From positions 1,600,001 through 1,664,000 of the forward strand of contig OZ241841.1 in assembly GCA_965202665.1 (NCBI GenBank): DNA of 64,000 nt, given 5' to 3'. The notes beneath the pieces were generated by a model. It was not told the origin of the DNA, ran no database searches, and saw only the letters and a list, made by a program, of their open reading frames with translations. This document shows, in pieces, positions 33,420-44,300 of the stretch. Source of the stretch: Candidatus Spongiisociaceae bacterium (GTDB lineage Bacteria > Actinomycetota > Acidimicrobiia > Spongiisociales > Spongiisociaceae). Position 1 is the stretch's first letter, and each line of letters begins with the position of its first letter. Both the position numbers and the translations under genes were made by a program.

Positions 33420-33884
33420 CTAGAAGGCGGCGTCGTCATCGTCCCGGTAGTTGCCGCCGCGTCCGCCTCCCACCCCCGCCGGTTGCCGGTTGCCGTCCGA
33501 GCGGTACTCGTTGGCGTCGCGGCGGAAGGTGCGGGTCACTTGGGCGGTGGCCCATTTCAGACTGGGCGCGATCTCTTCGATGCGCACCTCGATCATGGAA
33601 CGGCGTTCGCCCTGCTCGTTCTCCCAGTTGCGTTGCTGCAAAGTGCCGGAGATCACCACCCGCATCCCTTTCTGCAGGGATTCGGCCACGTTCTCGGCCA
33701 TCTCCGCCCAGCAGGTGCCGCTGAAGAAGCTGGCCTCCTCCTGCCACTCTTTGCTGCTCTTGTCGAACCAGCGGCGGTTGACCGCCAGCCGAACCTTGGC
33801 CATCGCGTGCCCGTTGGGAGTGAACCGCAGTTCCGGGTCTTCAACTAGGTTGCCTACGAGCGTGACCGAATTTTCACCAGCCAT
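33420..33884 (-). CDS. ssb: Single-stranded DNA-binding protein
   Basis: LVGNLVEDPELRFTP, acidic C-terminal tail DDDDAAF. Confidence 0.96.
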   Translation of the reverse strand: MAGENSVTLVGNLVEDPELRFTPNGHAMAKVRLAVNRRWFDKSSKEWQEEASFFSGTCWAEMAENVAESLQKGMRVVISGTLQQRNWENEQGERRSMIEVRIEEIAPSLKWATAQVTRTFRRDANEYRSDGNRQPAGVGGGRGGNYRDDDDAAF

Positions 33885-33957
33885 TTTCCTGTCTCCTTGC
33901 TCTCGTGTTTCCGTTGGTTTGCGTTTTGGGGAAGTGGGGAATGTATCCCATGGTTGT

Positions 33958-33979
33958 ATGGTGCCTCAGTGCTGTGACA
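33958..33979 (-). promoter_or_regulatory. RecA-NDp/PafBC-like internal promoter motif for ssb
   Basis: TGTCAC-N10-CACCAT overlapping the rpsF 3' end. Confidence 0.45.
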
Positions 33980-34316
33980 TTTTTTCCTCCTCGGTCGCAA
34001 CGCCCGCCCCGGCCGCCGGTTTCCCCTGGTCGTCGGGCCTAATTATCTTGTGGCGCAACACGTTGTCCGCCAGGGAGAGGTTGCGGTCCAAGACGGACAC
34101 ATGCCCCGGTTCGCCCCGGAAGACGATCACCGCATAGTAGCCCTCCCGGGCGTGGTCGATTTCGTAGGCCAGATGCCGGCGGCCCCAAAAATCCAATGTC
34201 ACATCTTCCGCCCCCGATTCGGTCAGCGACTCCGCTAAACCGTTCGCCGCCCCCTCCGCTTCCTCGTCGGACAGCTCGGGGCGGTAGATCGCCATCAGTT
34301 CATAGGTACGCGTCAC
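33966..34316 (-). CDS. rpsF: 30S ribosomal protein S6
   Basis: RTYELMAIYRP...WGRRHLAYEI...VLRHKI. Confidence 0.95.
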   Translation of the reverse strand: MTRTYELMAIYRPELSDEEAEGAANGLAESLTESGAEDVTLDFWGRRHLAYEIDHAREGYYAVIVFRGEPGHVSVLDRNLSLADNVLRHKIIRPDDQGKPAAGAGVATEEEKMSQH

Positions 34317-34486
34317 TGCGCACACACCTCCTTCGGACATCCCGGCCGCCTCCGAAGAAACCGGCCTGGGGAAGGCTCCCGGCGGGAGCAGGACGTCTTG
34401 TCAACCCGTATCGGGTTGGCGGCTCTTTCCAGGGGATGATACCACCTTTTTTCGGCAACGCGCGCCGCCGGGCCGGGAGGGCGGTT

Positions 34487-35683
34487 TCAGGGGTGCGGGA
34501 CCAGTTCCACCAGAAACAGGTTCGGCCAAAATTTGCCGGTCAGGTAGAAGAGATTCCGGTCGGGGCGGTAGGCGATTCCGTTCAACACGTCGATGCCTTC
34601 CCGGTCGGACAGCAGGTCGGCTAGGCCGGAGCCGTCGATGAGGGCGGTCACGGTTCCGTCCGCCGGGTCGATCGCCGCAATGGAGTCGGTCAGCCAAATG
34701 TTGGCGTAGACCAGGCCGTTTGCGCATTCCAACTCGTTCAGGTTGGACACCGGCTGGCCGTCCCGGGTCACTTCCACCGTCCCCAGCGGTTGAAAGGTTT
34801 CCAGGTGGCGGAAGGTGAGGACGGAGCTCCCGTCGCTCATCACGAACCGGTCCTCCTGCGCGCACAGGCCCCATCCTTCTCCCCGGTAGTCGTAGGTTCC
34901 CAGGGGCTCCAAGGTGCCCGCCTCCCAGATGAAGGCGGTTTCCTCCTGCCAGGTCAACTGCACCACCCGCCCGTCCGCCACCTCCAAACCTTCTCCGAAA
35001 TACTGTTCGGGGAGGGTTTGCTCCCGTATCACCCCTCCGGTGGCGGGGTCCACTATCCGCACCGCGGAGCTCCCGTAGAGTCCGGAGCTCTCGTAGAACA
35101 TTCCTTGGCGCCAAACCAGCCCCTGGGTGAAGGACGTCCGGTCATGGGGCAGCCGTTCCACCACTTGCGGCAGGTAACGCCGGGGCGGGTCTGGTTCCGC
35201 GGGGGGTTCGGCGGCGGTGGTCGTGGTTGGGGCGGTGGTCGGAGGGACGGTCGCCGCGGTGGTTGCGGGGGCGGGGACTTCGCTGGTTGGCGGCGGCGGG
35301 TTGGTCGCGGCGGTTGTCGGGCCGGTAGTTGCGACGACGGTGGTTTCAGGCGGGGAGGGGACGGTCCCGGTGGTCGCGGCGGCTGTGGTTGCGACGACGT
35401 TCGGGCCGGTGGTTGCAATGGAGGGGCCGTTGTTGATTTCGGGTTCACGCGCGCTCAGTTCCGTCTCGCTTGAAGGGCCGGTGGTTTTAGTGGAGGCTTC
35501 GGTGTTGATTTCGGGGGTCGCGGTCGTCGGCGCGGCGGAGGCGGGGGCGGAGGATGGAGCGGCGGGCGGGACCGTTTCCACAGTGGTGGGGGAGGGGGAA
35601 GACGCGCCGCAGGCGGCCAAGGTCCCGATCAGGCAGGCGGCCCCCAAGAGGCGCAATCGGAACCGTCCGGGGCGGCGGGGCAT
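34487..35683 (-). CDS. Glutaminyl-peptide cyclotransferase lipoprotein with a long Pro/Thr linker
   Basis: Lipobox LAAC; PHDRTSFTQGL, FGEGL, GEGWGL, NELE, VLNGIA, TGKFWP. Confidence 0.9.
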   Translation of the reverse strand: MPRRPGRFRLRLLGAACLIGTLAACGASSPSPTTVETVPPAAPSSAPASAAPTTATPEINTEASTKTTGPSSETELSAREPEINNGPSIATTGPNVVATTAAATTGTVPSPPETTVVATTGPTTAATNPPPPTSEVPAPATTAATVPPTTAPTTTTAAEPPAEPDPPRRYLPQVVERLPHDRTSFTQGLVWRQGMFYESSGLYGSSAVRIVDPATGGVIREQTLPEQYFGEGLEVADGRVVQLTWQEETAFIWEAGTLEPLGTYDYRGEGWGLCAQEDRFVMSDGSSVLTFRHLETFQPLGTVEVTRDGQPVSNLNELECANGLVYANIWLTDSIAAIDPADGTVTALIDGSGLADLLSDREGIDVLNGIAYRPDRNLFYLTGKFWPNLFLVELVPHP

Positions 35684-35697
35684 GAGGCGGCTTCGGG

Positions 35698-36582
35698 TCA
35701 GGGGCGGTCCATCAGACGGTTCAGGCCGGCCGAACGCACCCGTTCAATGTCCTCCTCGTATTTGAGTATCACGCCCAGCGTGTCGGAGGCCGCCTCCGGG
35801 GACAGGGCCTCCACTCCCAGCGTCCGCAGGGCGGTCGCCCAGTCCAAAGTTTCCGCCACCCCCGGCGGTTTGAACAGGTCCATGTCCCGCAGTTTTTCCA
35901 TCGCCCGGGCCAGTTCCTCCGCCAAGGCTTGGTCTACCCCCGGCACTTTGCCGCGTACGATTTCCACTTCCCGGTCAAAGGCCGGGTAGTCGATCCAGTG
36001 GTAAAGGCAGCGGCGCTTGAGGGCGTCGTGGATTTCCCGGGTGCGGTTGCAGGTGATGACCACCACCGGCGGCTCGGCGGCGGAGATGGTGCCCACTTCC
36101 GGGATGGTGATTTGGAAGTCGGACAGCACTTCCAACAGGTAGGCCTCGAATTCTTCATCGGCCCGGTCCAGCTCGTCGATCAGCAACACCGGCCGCGCCC
36201 CGTCCGCGGCCAGTTCGATGGCTTCCAGGAGGGGGCGGGCGATCAGGTAGTCGCGGGTCATAATCCCGGAAATGTCGGCCGCTTCCCGCTCGCCCCGGGC
36301 TTCGATGAGGCGGATGGCCAGCATCTGGCGGGCGTAGTCCCATTCGTATATGGCGTGTCCGGCGTCCAGGCCTTCGTAACACTGCAGGCGGATCAGGGGC
36401 TGCCCCAACATCGCCGACAGCACTTTGGCCAACTCGGTTTTGCCCACCCCGGCTTCGCCTTCCAGGAACAGGGGGCGGCCCAACTGCAACGCCAGATGGG
36501 TGGCTACCGCCAGGGAGCGGTCGGTCACGTACCGGTGCCCGGCCAGGGCGGCCGCCACTTCTTCAACTGTTGCGGGGAACAT
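35698..36582 (-). CDS. MoxR-family (CoxD-like) AAA+ ATPase
   Basis: GEAGVGKT, RLQCYEGLD, LIDELDRAD, HDALKRRC; ATG at 36582. Confidence 0.9.
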   Translation of the reverse strand: MFPATVEEVAAALAGHRYVTDRSLAVATHLALQLGRPLFLEGEAGVGKTELAKVLSAMLGQPLIRLQCYEGLDAGHAIYEWDYARQMLAIRLIEARGEREAADISGIMTRDYLIARPLLEAIELAADGARPVLLIDELDRADEEFEAYLLEVLSDFQITIPEVGTISAAEPPVVVITCNRTREIHDALKRRCLYHWIDYPAFDREVEIVRGKVPGVDQALAEELARAMEKLRDMDLFKPPGVAETLDWATALRTLGVEALSPEAASDTLGVILKYEEDIERVRSAGLNRLMDRP

Positions 36583-36623
36583 TCCCGACAGGTTACACGA
36601 CCGGCGCGCGGCGATAGGCGGGG

Positions 36624-37502
36624 CTACGGGGCGGGGAAGGGAGTTTCGGGGAGTCCGACCGGCCCCGGTTGGTAGATGAGGATGTTTCCGCACTGGGGGC
36701 CGGGTTCCCCTCCTTTGCGGGCGGTGGTGGCGAACAGCAGGTCCAAGCCGGCCCCTCCGAAGGCCGGGCAGGTGGGGCGGGGGGCGGGGGTTTCTATGAC
36801 CCGGTCCATTTTTCCATCGGGGCGGTAGCGGGTGATGCGCCCCGAGCCCCATTCGGCGTTCCACAGCATTCCTTCGGCGTCGACGGCCGAGCCGTCCGGG
36901 GCGGCCCTTCCCGCGGCGGGCTGGGTTACTTCGGCGAAAAGGCGGAAAGGGCCGGGTTGGCCGGTTGCGGGGTCGTAGGGGGCGCGGAGGATGCGCCGCT
37001 CCCAAGAGTCGGCCATGTACATCACGTCGCCGGCCGGGGAGAAGCAGATGCTGTTGGGCACTCCCATCTCCCGACGGTGGCGGGTGAGGGAGAGGTCGCC
37101 GTCCAACCGGTAGAGGGAGCCGGTGCGGTCGGCTTCGGCGTCGTCCATGGTGCCCGTCCAAAAGCGCCCGGCGCGGTCGGTGCGTCCGTCGTTGAACCGG
37201 TTGCCCGGCTGGCCGGTTTCCGGGTCGGCCAGAAACTCCCGGTTGCGAAACCCGTCATCTCCGACTTCCGTCATCCACAGTCCGTCTTGGGCGGCGGCCA
37301 GAAGACGCCCCGGGACGGAGGTGAGGGCTATGGAGCCGAGCCGCCGTCCGGTGGGCCAGGTTTCCCATCGCCCCGACTGCATCTCCCAGCGTCCGAGGCG
37401 CTCTCCGTGGATGTCCAGCCAGTAGAGAACCCCCAGACGCCCGTCCCATAGGGGGCATTCCCCCAGCGTATTCCCCGTTTCCAGTATCTCCACCGGTTTC
37501 AC
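36624..37502 (-). CDS. SMP-30/gluconolactonase/LRE family protein
   Basis: LGECPLW, RFNDG, PNSICFS, PDGSAVD, TCPAFGG. Confidence 0.92.
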   Translation of the reverse strand: MKPVEILETGNTLGECPLWDGRLGVLYWLDIHGERLGRWEMQSGRWETWPTGRRLGSIALTSVPGRLLAAAQDGLWMTEVGDDGFRNREFLADPETGQPGNRFNDGRTDRAGRFWTGTMDDAEADRTGSLYRLDGDLSLTRHRREMGVPNSICFSPAGDVMYMADSWERRILRAPYDPATGQPGPFRLFAEVTQPAAGRAAPDGSAVDAEGMLWNAEWGSGRITRYRPDGKMDRVIETPAPRPTCPAFGGAGLDLLFATTARKGGEPGPQCGNILIYQPGPVGLPETPFPAP

Positions 37503-37659
37503 CGGCCCTCCTCTCCAGCAACCGCGCCCATCCTACCGCCCCCCGCCTCTCCGTAGCCGCCCTGATGGCGGAGAGGGGCGTTTTGCTAACATTGCGTCGG
37601 TTTGTTATCCTGGTCCCCGCCCCAACCCCTGACCCGTATCAGCCCCGACGCGAAGGAAG

Positions 37660-38700
37660 ATGACCGTGGAAGCAATGGTGGAAGCGACCGGTTTGGTCAA
37701 ACGGTACGGGGATGTAACCGCGCTGGACGGTTTGGATTTGGTGGTCCCCAAAGGGACCGTGCTGGGTCTTTTGGGCCCCAACGGGGCGGGCAAGACCACG
37801 GCCGTGTCCATTCTTTCCACCCTGTTGGAGCCGGATGGGGGATCGGCCCGGGTGGCCGGATGCGACGTGTTGGCCGAGCCGGCCCAGGTGCGGAAAAAGA
37901 TCGGCCTGTCCGGGCAGTACGCGGCGGTGGACGAGCACCTGACCGGCTATGAAAATTTGGATATGATCGGGCGCTTGTACCGGTTGGGCGGCTCCCGCTC
38001 CAAAGAACGGGCCAAGGAGTTGCTGGAGGTTTTCGATTTGGAGGAGGCCGGTTACCGGCCGGTCAAGACCTATTCGGGGGGGATGCGGCGCCGTTTGGAT
38101 TTGGCCTGCGCCTTGGTGGCCCAGCCGCCGGTTCTGTTCCTGGACGAGCCGACCACCGGCCTGGATCCGCGCAGCCGGCTGGCGTTGTGGGAGGTCATCG
38201 GAGTTCTGGTGGAGCAGGGCCGCACCCTCCTGCTCACCACCCAGTACATGGAGGAGGCCGAGCATTTGGCGGACGACATCGTGGTCATCGACCGGGGGAG
38301 GGCCATCGCCCGGGGCTCCCCCGACGATTTGAAGGTGCAGTTGGGAGGGGAGCGGATCGAGATTTCCACCGCCACCGAGGCCGGACTGGGCCGGGCCAGG
38401 GAAGCCCTGGGCCGGTATGCGGTGGGGGAGATGCAGGTTTACGAGCGCACCCGGACGGTGGTGGCCCCCATCACCGGCGGGGCGGCCGTGCTTACGCAGG
38501 CCTTGAAGGCTTTGGAGGAGGCGCAGGTGACGGTGGTGGACGCCGGTTTGCGCCGTCCCACCCTCAACGATGTGTTCCTCACCCTGACCGGACGAGCGGC
38601 CGAACCGCAAGATGAGGAGGAGGATGAGGAAACGGAGGCCGCCTCCGGAGAAGCCGGCGAAGAACCCGGCAAGCCCGCCGGGGAGGAGGCGACGGGATGA
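37660..38700 (+). CDS. ABC exporter ATP-binding subunit (DrrA-like)
   Basis: GPNGAGKT, YSGGMRRRLD, FLDEPTTGLDP, TTQYMEEA. Confidence 0.92.
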   Translation: MTVEAMVEATGLVKRYGDVTALDGLDLVVPKGTVLGLLGPNGAGKTTAVSILSTLLEPDGGSARVAGCDVLAEPAQVRKKIGLSGQYAAVDEHLTGYENLDMIGRLYRLGGSRSKERAKELLEVFDLEEAGYRPVKTYSGGMRRRLDLACALVAQPPVLFLDEPTTGLDPRSRLALWEVIGVLVEQGRTLLLTTQYMEEAEHLADDIVVIDRGRAIARGSPDDLKVQLGGERIEISTATEAGLGRAREALGRYAVGEMQVYERTRTVVAPITGGAAVLTQALKALEEAQVTVVDAGLRRPTLNDVFLTLTGRAAEPQDEEEDEETEAASGEAGEEPGKPAGEEATG

Positions 38701-39503
38701 AAGAGTTTCTGTGGGCCGTCTCCGACGGGGCGGTAATCGCCAAACGCAACGTGATCAAAATCCGGCGGGTGCCGGAGGTGCTGGTGTTCGTTTTGCTGTC
38801 GCCGGTGATGTTCGTGTTGCTGTTCGCCTTTGTTTTCGGCAGCGCCATCGACGTGCCGGGCGTCTCCTACCGCGAATTCCTGATCGCGGGCATCTTCGCC
38901 CAGACGGCGGTGTTCGGGGCCACTTTCACCGGGGCCAGCCTGGCGGAGGACATGCAGAAGGGGATCATCGACCGCTTCCGGTCATTGCCCATGTCGCGCA
39001 GCGCGGTGCTGGTGGGGCGCACCGTCAGCGATGTGGTCTACAACGTGCTGTCGCTGTTGGTGATGATGATCACCGGGCTGATTATCGGCTGGCGGATCCG
39101 GGGGAGCCTGTTGGACGCGCTGGCCGGGTTCGGCCTGTTGCTCCTGTTCGCCTACGCCTTCTCCTGGGTGATGGCCTGGTTGGGGATGATCGTGCCCAGC
39201 CCGGAGGTGCTCAACAACGCCTCCTTCATGGTCATCCTGCCGGTCACTTTCGTAGCCAACACTTTCGTGCCGTCCGAGAACCTGCCCGCCCCTTTGCGGG
39301 TGTTCGCCGAGTGGAACCCGATTTCGGCGGTCACCCAGGCGGTGCGCAACCTGTTCGGCAACATCCCCGCCGGAACCCCCCCGCCCGACACCTGGCCCCT
39401 GCAGAACGCGGTTCTTTACACTTTTCTGTGGGTGGCGATCATCATCCTCGTTTTCGGCCCCCTGTCCATCAACCGCTACCGTAAAGTGGGACGCCGCTCC
39501 TGA
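38697..39503 (+). CDS. ABC-2 type permease (DrrB-like)
   Basis: GIIDRFRSLPM, WNPIS, six TM segments. Confidence 0.9.
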   Translation: MKEFLWAVSDGAVIAKRNVIKIRRVPEVLVFVLLSPVMFVLLFAFVFGSAIDVPGVSYREFLIAGIFAQTAVFGATFTGASLAEDMQKGIIDRFRSLPMSRSAVLVGRTVSDVVYNVLSLLVMMITGLIIGWRIRGSLLDALAGFGLLLLFAYAFSWVMAWLGMIVPSPEVLNNASFMVILPVTFVANTFVPSENLPAPLRVFAEWNPISAVTQAVRNLFGNIPAGTPPPDTWPLQNAVLYTFLWVAIIILVFGPLSINRYRKVGRRS

Positions 39504-39630
39504 CCCCGCCCGCCGGGCCGGCCTTCGGCGGCGGTGAGCGGCGGATGCCGGAAAGGGCGCCGCGTCTTATCTATAATCGGCCCGGTCGGGACGAACGGAG
39601 GGAGTCGTCCGGCGCGACGGCGGAGCGAGA

Positions 39631-39996
39631 GTGAGCGAATACTTTCAGGACTACATAGCGGTGGCGGCCTTCGCCGCCTTCGGCTTGGCCTTGGTGGCGG
39701 CCACCTTGGGCGTCACCTACCTGGTGCGGCCCTCCAACCCCACCAAGGAGAAGGTGACCACATACGAATGCGGGGTGGATCCGGTGGGGGAAGGCTGGAG
39801 CCACACCTTCGTCCGCTACTACATTTTCGGTTTGCTGTTCGTGCTGTTCGATGTGGAGGCGGTGTTCATTTTCCCCTGGGCGGTGTCGGCCGAGTCGCTG
39901 GGGTTGCCGGGGGCGATAGCGATGGCGGTGTTCATCCTCACCCTGTTGGAGGGGTTGCTGTACGCCATCCGCAAAGGGGTGTTGCGATGGGAGTAG
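39631..39996 (+). CDS. nuoA: NADH-quinone oxidoreductase subunit A
   Basis: [26 protein letters not shown]. Confidence 0.95.
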   Translation: MSEYFQDYIAVAAFAAFGLALVAATLGVTYLVRPSNPTKEKVTTYECGVDPVGEGWSHTFVRYYIFGLLFVLFDVEAVFIFPWAVSAESLGLPGAIAMAVFILTLLEGLLYAIRKGVLRWE

Positions 39997-40487
39997 TGGC
40001 GGAGCGTTTCGGGGGCGTCAAGCCGGTTTCCTGGTTGCTGAACTGGTCGCGCCGCTATTCGCTGTGGCTGTTCCAGTTCGGTTTGGCCTGTTGCGCCATC
40101 GAAATGATGGCCGCCTCCGGGCCCCGCTACGACTTTATGCGGTTCGGCATCATCCCCCTCCCCGCCTCCCCCCGCCAGGCGGATCTGATGGTGGTGGCGG
40201 GCACGGTCACCGACAAGATGGCCCCCGCCATCCGCCGCTTGTACGAGCAGATGCCCGAACCCAAATACGTGATTTCCATGGGGTCGTGCTCCAACTGCGG
40301 CGGTCCCTACTGGGATTCCTATTCGGTCACCAAAGGGGTGGACCAGATCATACCGGTGGATGTCTACGTGCCGGGTTGCCCGCCCCGCCCGGAGGCCCTG
40401 ATGGAGGGGATCGTGCTCCTCCAGGAGAAAATCAAAGGCGAAGACGTCCGCGAGAAATGGCGAAGCCGTGACCGACAGCCCGTCTGA
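39987..40487 (+). CDS. nuoB: NADH-quinone oxidoreductase subunit B
   Basis: [24 protein letters not shown]. Confidence 0.96.
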   Translation: MGVVAERFGGVKPVSWLLNWSRRYSLWLFQFGLACCAIEMMAASGPRYDFMRFGIIPLPASPRQADLMVVAGTVTDKMAPAIRRLYEQMPEPKYVISMGSCSNCGGPYWDSYSVTKGVDQIIPVDVYVPGCPPRPEALMEGIVLLQEKIKGEDVREKWRSRDRQPV

Positions 40488-41043
40488 GCCGCCGCAAACC
40501 CCCGCCCCCGGCCTGGCCGTCGCCTTGGCCGAGGCGGTGGGGGGAACCCCGGTGGAAATCAACCGGACTTGGAAGGTGCGGGTGGGGCCGTCCGCGTGGC
40601 GGGAGGCGGCGGCCAAAGCCCGGGACGAATTCGGCCTGGTGTTTCTGTCCTGGCTTTCGGCCACCGACTGGGCCAACCAGACGGCGGTGGGCGACCCCCC
40701 CGACGAGGAAGTGGCGGAACGCTTCGAACTGCTGTGCGCGGTGTCCGACTTGGAGGCGGGCGACTTGGTGATACTGTCCGCCGACCTGGACAAAGACTCG
40801 CCCCGGGCAGACAGCATTTCCGACATTTATCCGGGGGCCAACTGGCACGAACGGGAGGCGGCGGAAATGTTCGGCATCGACTTCGCCGGCCACCCCGATC
40901 TGGACAAGCTGTACCTGCCGGAGGAGTTCCAGGGACACCCGTTGCGCAAAAGTTACCCGTTGCTCAGCCGGGAGGTGAAGCCCTGGCCGGGCGCGGTGGA
41001 TGTGGAAGACATGCCCCCGGCGACCGAAAACCCGGAGGCGTGA
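40468..41043 (+). CDS. nuoC: NADH-quinone oxidoreductase subunit C
   Basis: [20 protein letters not shown]. Confidence 0.94.
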   Translation: MTDSPSEPPQTPAPGLAVALAEAVGGTPVEINRTWKVRVGPSAWREAAAKARDEFGLVFLSWLSATDWANQTAVGDPPDEEVAERFELLCAVSDLEAGDLVILSADLDKDSPRADSISDIYPGANWHEREAAEMFGIDFAGHPDLDKLYLPEEFQGHPLRKSYPLLSREVKPWPGAVDVEDMPPATENPEA

Positions 41044-42227
41044 TGGAGCAGGCCCTGGCCCATCATCTGTCCGAAGCGGCGGTGTCGGTGGAGTTGGAAA
41101 CGGAGGGGATGACCCTCAACATCGGCCCGCAGCACCCTTCCACGCACGGGGTGTTGCGTTTGGTGGCCACCGTGGACGGGGAACGGGCCACCGACGTGCG
41201 GCCGGTGATCGGCTACATGCACCGCGGTTATGAAAAACTGTCCGAGGTGCGCACCTACCCGCAGATCACCACCATCGTCAACCGCATCGACTGGGTGTCC
41301 GGCTTCGCCAACGAGGTTCCGTTCATCGTCGCCGCCGAGCGCCTGATGGAGGTGGAACCCCCGGAGCGGGCGCAGTGGATACGGCTGATCCTCACCGAGA
41401 TGGCCCGCATCTCCTCCCATCTGGTGTTCATGGCCTCCTATCCTTTGGAGCTGGGGGCGGCCACCCCGCTGTTTTTCGCCTTGCGGGAGCGGGAGCGGGT
41501 GTTGGATCTGCTGGAGTCGGTCACCGGCGGCCGTTTCCATCCCAACTTCAACCGCATCGGCGGGGTGAAGCCGGTGTACGGGGCGGGGCCGGTGACTAAA
41601 AAAACCGGCCAGGACATTCCGGCCGCCTTCCTGTCCGAAACCGCCGACGCCATGGACAAGGTGCTTTCCACCTGCGATGAAATCGAGGAGCTGGTGGCGG
41701 GCAACGAGGTGTTCCTGGCCCGCACCAAAGGGGTGGGCGTGATTCCAGCGGAGGTGGGGGCCTCCTACGGGGTGTCCGGTCCCAACCTGCGGGCTTCCGG
41801 GTGCGGCTTCGACCTGCGCAAAACCTCCGACTATCTGCCCTACCATCAGTTTGAGTTCGACGTCCCGGTAGGCGAAAACGGGGACTGCTGGGATCGCTGG
41901 TGGGTGCGCCTGGAGGAGATCCGCTGGTCGGCCCGCATCATCATGTCCGCCATCGACGGGTTGCCGTCGGGGCCCTTGCAGGCCAAAGTGCCCCGCATCA
42001 TCAAAGTCCCGCCGGGGGAGATCTACGTGCGGGCCGAAAACCCGAAAGGGGAGATGGGTTATTACCTGGTTTCCCTGGGCGGCCTGGGGCCTTACCGGCT
42101 GAAAATCCGCTCCGCTTCTTTCTCCAACCTGTCCATCCTGCCCTGGTTGTTGGAAGGGGCGCTGGTGCCCGACTTCATCGCCATCATGGGTTCGCTGGAC
42201 TTCGTTCTGGGGGATGTGGACCGATGA
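41043..42227 (+). CDS. nuoD: NADH-quinone oxidoreductase subunit D
   Basis: NIGPQHPSTHGVLRL, GYMHRGYEK, LGDVDR C-terminus. Confidence 0.96.
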   Translation: MEQALAHHLSEAAVSVELETEGMTLNIGPQHPSTHGVLRLVATVDGERATDVRPVIGYMHRGYEKLSEVRTYPQITTIVNRIDWVSGFANEVPFIVAAERLMEVEPPERAQWIRLILTEMARISSHLVFMASYPLELGAATPLFFALRERERVLDLLESVTGGRFHPNFNRIGGVKPVYGAGPVTKKTGQDIPAAFLSETADAMDKVLSTCDEIEELVAGNEVFLARTKGVGVIPAEVGASYGVSGPNLRASGCGFDLRKTSDYLPYHQFEFDVPVGENGDCWDRWWVRLEEIRWSARIIMSAIDGLPSGPLQAKVPRIIKVPPGEIYVRAENPKGEMGYYLVSLGGLGPYRLKIRSASFSNLSILPWLLEGALVPDFIAIMGSLDFVLGDVDR

Positions 42228-43219
42228 TCATGGCCGGTTTGACTTTCTGGGCCGAGTTGGGCATCAAACTGGCCGTGGCGGCGGCGGCGGTGCCCGCCAT
42301 CGGCATCGCCATCGGCTACGGGGAGATGAAACTTTCCGCCCATATGCAGAGCCGGGTCGGCCCCTATTTCGCCGGGGGGCGGTACGGGTGGGCGCAGCTG
42401 ATCGCCGACGGGGTGAAGTTCATCCAAAAAGAGGACATCATCCCGGAGGAGGCGGACCGTCCGGTGTTCAAATGGGCCCCCGCCCTGGTGTTGCTGGGCA
42501 CCATGGCCCTGTTGGTGGTCATTCCGCTGCATCCTTCCCGCAACGGGATGGTGCGCGATTTGAACGTGGGGGTGTTTTACGCGTTGGCGGTGTCCTCCAT
42601 CAGCGCGGTGGGGGTGTTGATGGCGGGCTGGTCGTCGGCCAACAAGTATTCCATGATCGGCGGGTTGCGGGCGGCCGGCCAGCTGATCGCCTACGAGTTG
42701 CCGCTGGTGCTGGCCACGGTGGGGGTGGTCATCCAGGCGGGCACCATGTCCATGCAGGGGATCGTGGCCGCCCAGATCAACCAGGGCTGGCCGTTCGCCC
42801 TCACCCAGCTGATCGGTTTGGCCATTTTCATGATCGCCGCCTTAGCCGAGTTGACCCGCATCCCGTTTGACATGCCCATCGCCGAATCGGAGTTGGTGAT
42901 GGGCTACGTGACCGAATACTCCGGTTTCCGCTTCCTGTTCTTTTTCCTGGCCGAATTCGCCAATATGTTTTCCATGTCGGCCATTGCCGTCACCCTCTTC
43001 TTAGGCGGATACGGGCTGTGGGGGATCAACCCCGATTCGCTGCTGTCGCCGGTTATCCTGTTCGCCAAAGTGGGGGTTTTGATCTTTCTGATGATCTGGT
43101 TGCGCTGGACCCTGCCCCGGTTGCGGGAAGATCAGTTGCAGACCCTGGCTTGGAAATGGCTGATTCCGATTGCGGTGGTCAACATCATCGCTACCGCGAT
43201 CCTGAAGGTGGTGATCTGA
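42224..43219 (+). CDS. nuoH: NADH-quinone oxidoreductase subunit H
   Basis: QLIADGVKFIQKED, RIPFDMPIAESEL, LPRLREDQL. Confidence 0.95.
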   Translation: MIMAGLTFWAELGIKLAVAAAAVPAIGIAIGYGEMKLSAHMQSRVGPYFAGGRYGWAQLIADGVKFIQKEDIIPEEADRPVFKWAPALVLLGTMALLVVIPLHPSRNGMVRDLNVGVFYALAVSSISAVGVLMAGWSSANKYSMIGGLRAAGQLIAYELPLVLATVGVVIQAGTMSMQGIVAAQINQGWPFALTQLIGLAIFMIAALAELTRIPFDMPIAESELVMGYVTEYSGFRFLFFFLAEFANMFSMSAIAVTLFLGGYGLWGINPDSLLSPVILFAKVGVLIFLMIWLRWTLPRLREDQLQTLAWKWLIPIAVVNIIATAILKVVI

Positions 43220-43720
43220 ATGAGCGGCTGGAAGAAAATCAAACTGGGGATGTTCTCCGGGATGAAAGTGACCCTGGTCACCATGTTGCGAACCTGGGCT
43301 TTCAACCTGACCGGCGGCCGCCGGGGCCTGCGCTCCACCGTCAACTATCCGGTGGTGAAGGAAACCCCGGTGCCCCGGGCGCGGGGGGTGATCGCCTTGG
43401 ATCAGGAGAACTGCACGGTGTGCATGCTGTGCGCCCGTTCCTGCCCCGACTGGTGCATCTACATCGAAGGGCACAAAGAGGAGAAGCCCCCTTCCAAGCC
43501 GGGCGGGCGCCCCCGGGCCCGGGCCACCCTGGACCGGTTCGACATAGACTACGCCCTGTGCATGTACTGCGGGATATGCGTGGAAGTGTGCCCCTTCGAC
43601 GCCCTGTTCTGGACCCCCGAATACGAATATTCGGAGTACGGCGTCGGGGCGATGATGCACGACATGGACCGGTTGGCCGACTGGATGGACACCGTCCCCG
43701 CCGGGTTGGGGGAGAAGTGA
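43220..43720 (+). CDS. nuoI: NADH-quinone oxidoreductase subunit I
   Basis: Two CxxCxxCxxxCP motifs. Confidence 0.95.
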   Translation: MSGWKKIKLGMFSGMKVTLVTMLRTWAFNLTGGRRGLRSTVNYPVVKETPVPRARGVIALDQENCTVCMLCARSCPDWCIYIEGHKEEKPPSKPGGRPRARATLDRFDIDYALCMYCGICVEVCPFDALFWTPEYEYSEYGVGAMMHDMDRLADWMDTVPAGLGEK

Positions 43721-43733
43721 GAGGCGGACGGCT

Positions 43734-44300
43734 GTGACTTTCGCCGAGTGGATCGCCGAACCGGTCAACTGGGCTTTTTTGGCCATGGCGGCGCCGATGA
43801 CGCTGGCCGCGGTGCGGGTGGTCACTTCCCGCAACGTGGTGCACGCCGCCCTGTTTTTGGTTTTGACTTTGGCCGCCTCGGCCGGGATGTTCATTCTCCT
43901 GTCGGCCGAGTTCGCGGCTTGGGTGCTGGTGCTGGTTTACATCGGGGCGGTGGTGGTGCTTTTCCTGTTCGGAATTATGATCACCCGCGCCCCCATCGGT
44001 CGGGAGGAGGGCCTCAGCCACTCCGTCCGCTGGCCGGCCGCCCTTGCCGCTTTGGCGACGCTGGCGATGACCGTGGGGTTGATCCTGTCGGTGTCCGGGC
44101 AGGTCGACGGATGGAACGACCCGCTCCCGGCGGTGGGCTCCGCCACCGACACGGGCCTGTTGGGGGAGGGGTTCGTCAACCGTTTCCTGATCCCGTTCGA
44201 GGCGATCGGCTTCATTCTGCTGGCCGCCCTCATCGGGGGGATCACTTTGGCCCGCAAAGACCGCACCCCGGCCGAGGAGCAGGAGGCTGAGTCGGTATGA
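43734..44300 (+). CDS. nuoJ: NADH-quinone oxidoreductase subunit J
   Basis: NVVHAALFL, VYIGAVVVLFLF, PFE. Confidence 0.94.
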   Translation: MTFAEWIAEPVNWAFLAMAAPMTLAAVRVVTSRNVVHAALFLVLTLAASAGMFILLSAEFAAWVLVLVYIGAVVVLFLFGIMITRAPIGREEGLSHSVRWPAALAALATLAMTVGLILSVSGQVDGWNDPLPAVGSATDTGLLGEGFVNRFLIPFEAIGFILLAALIGGITLARKDRTPAEEQEAESV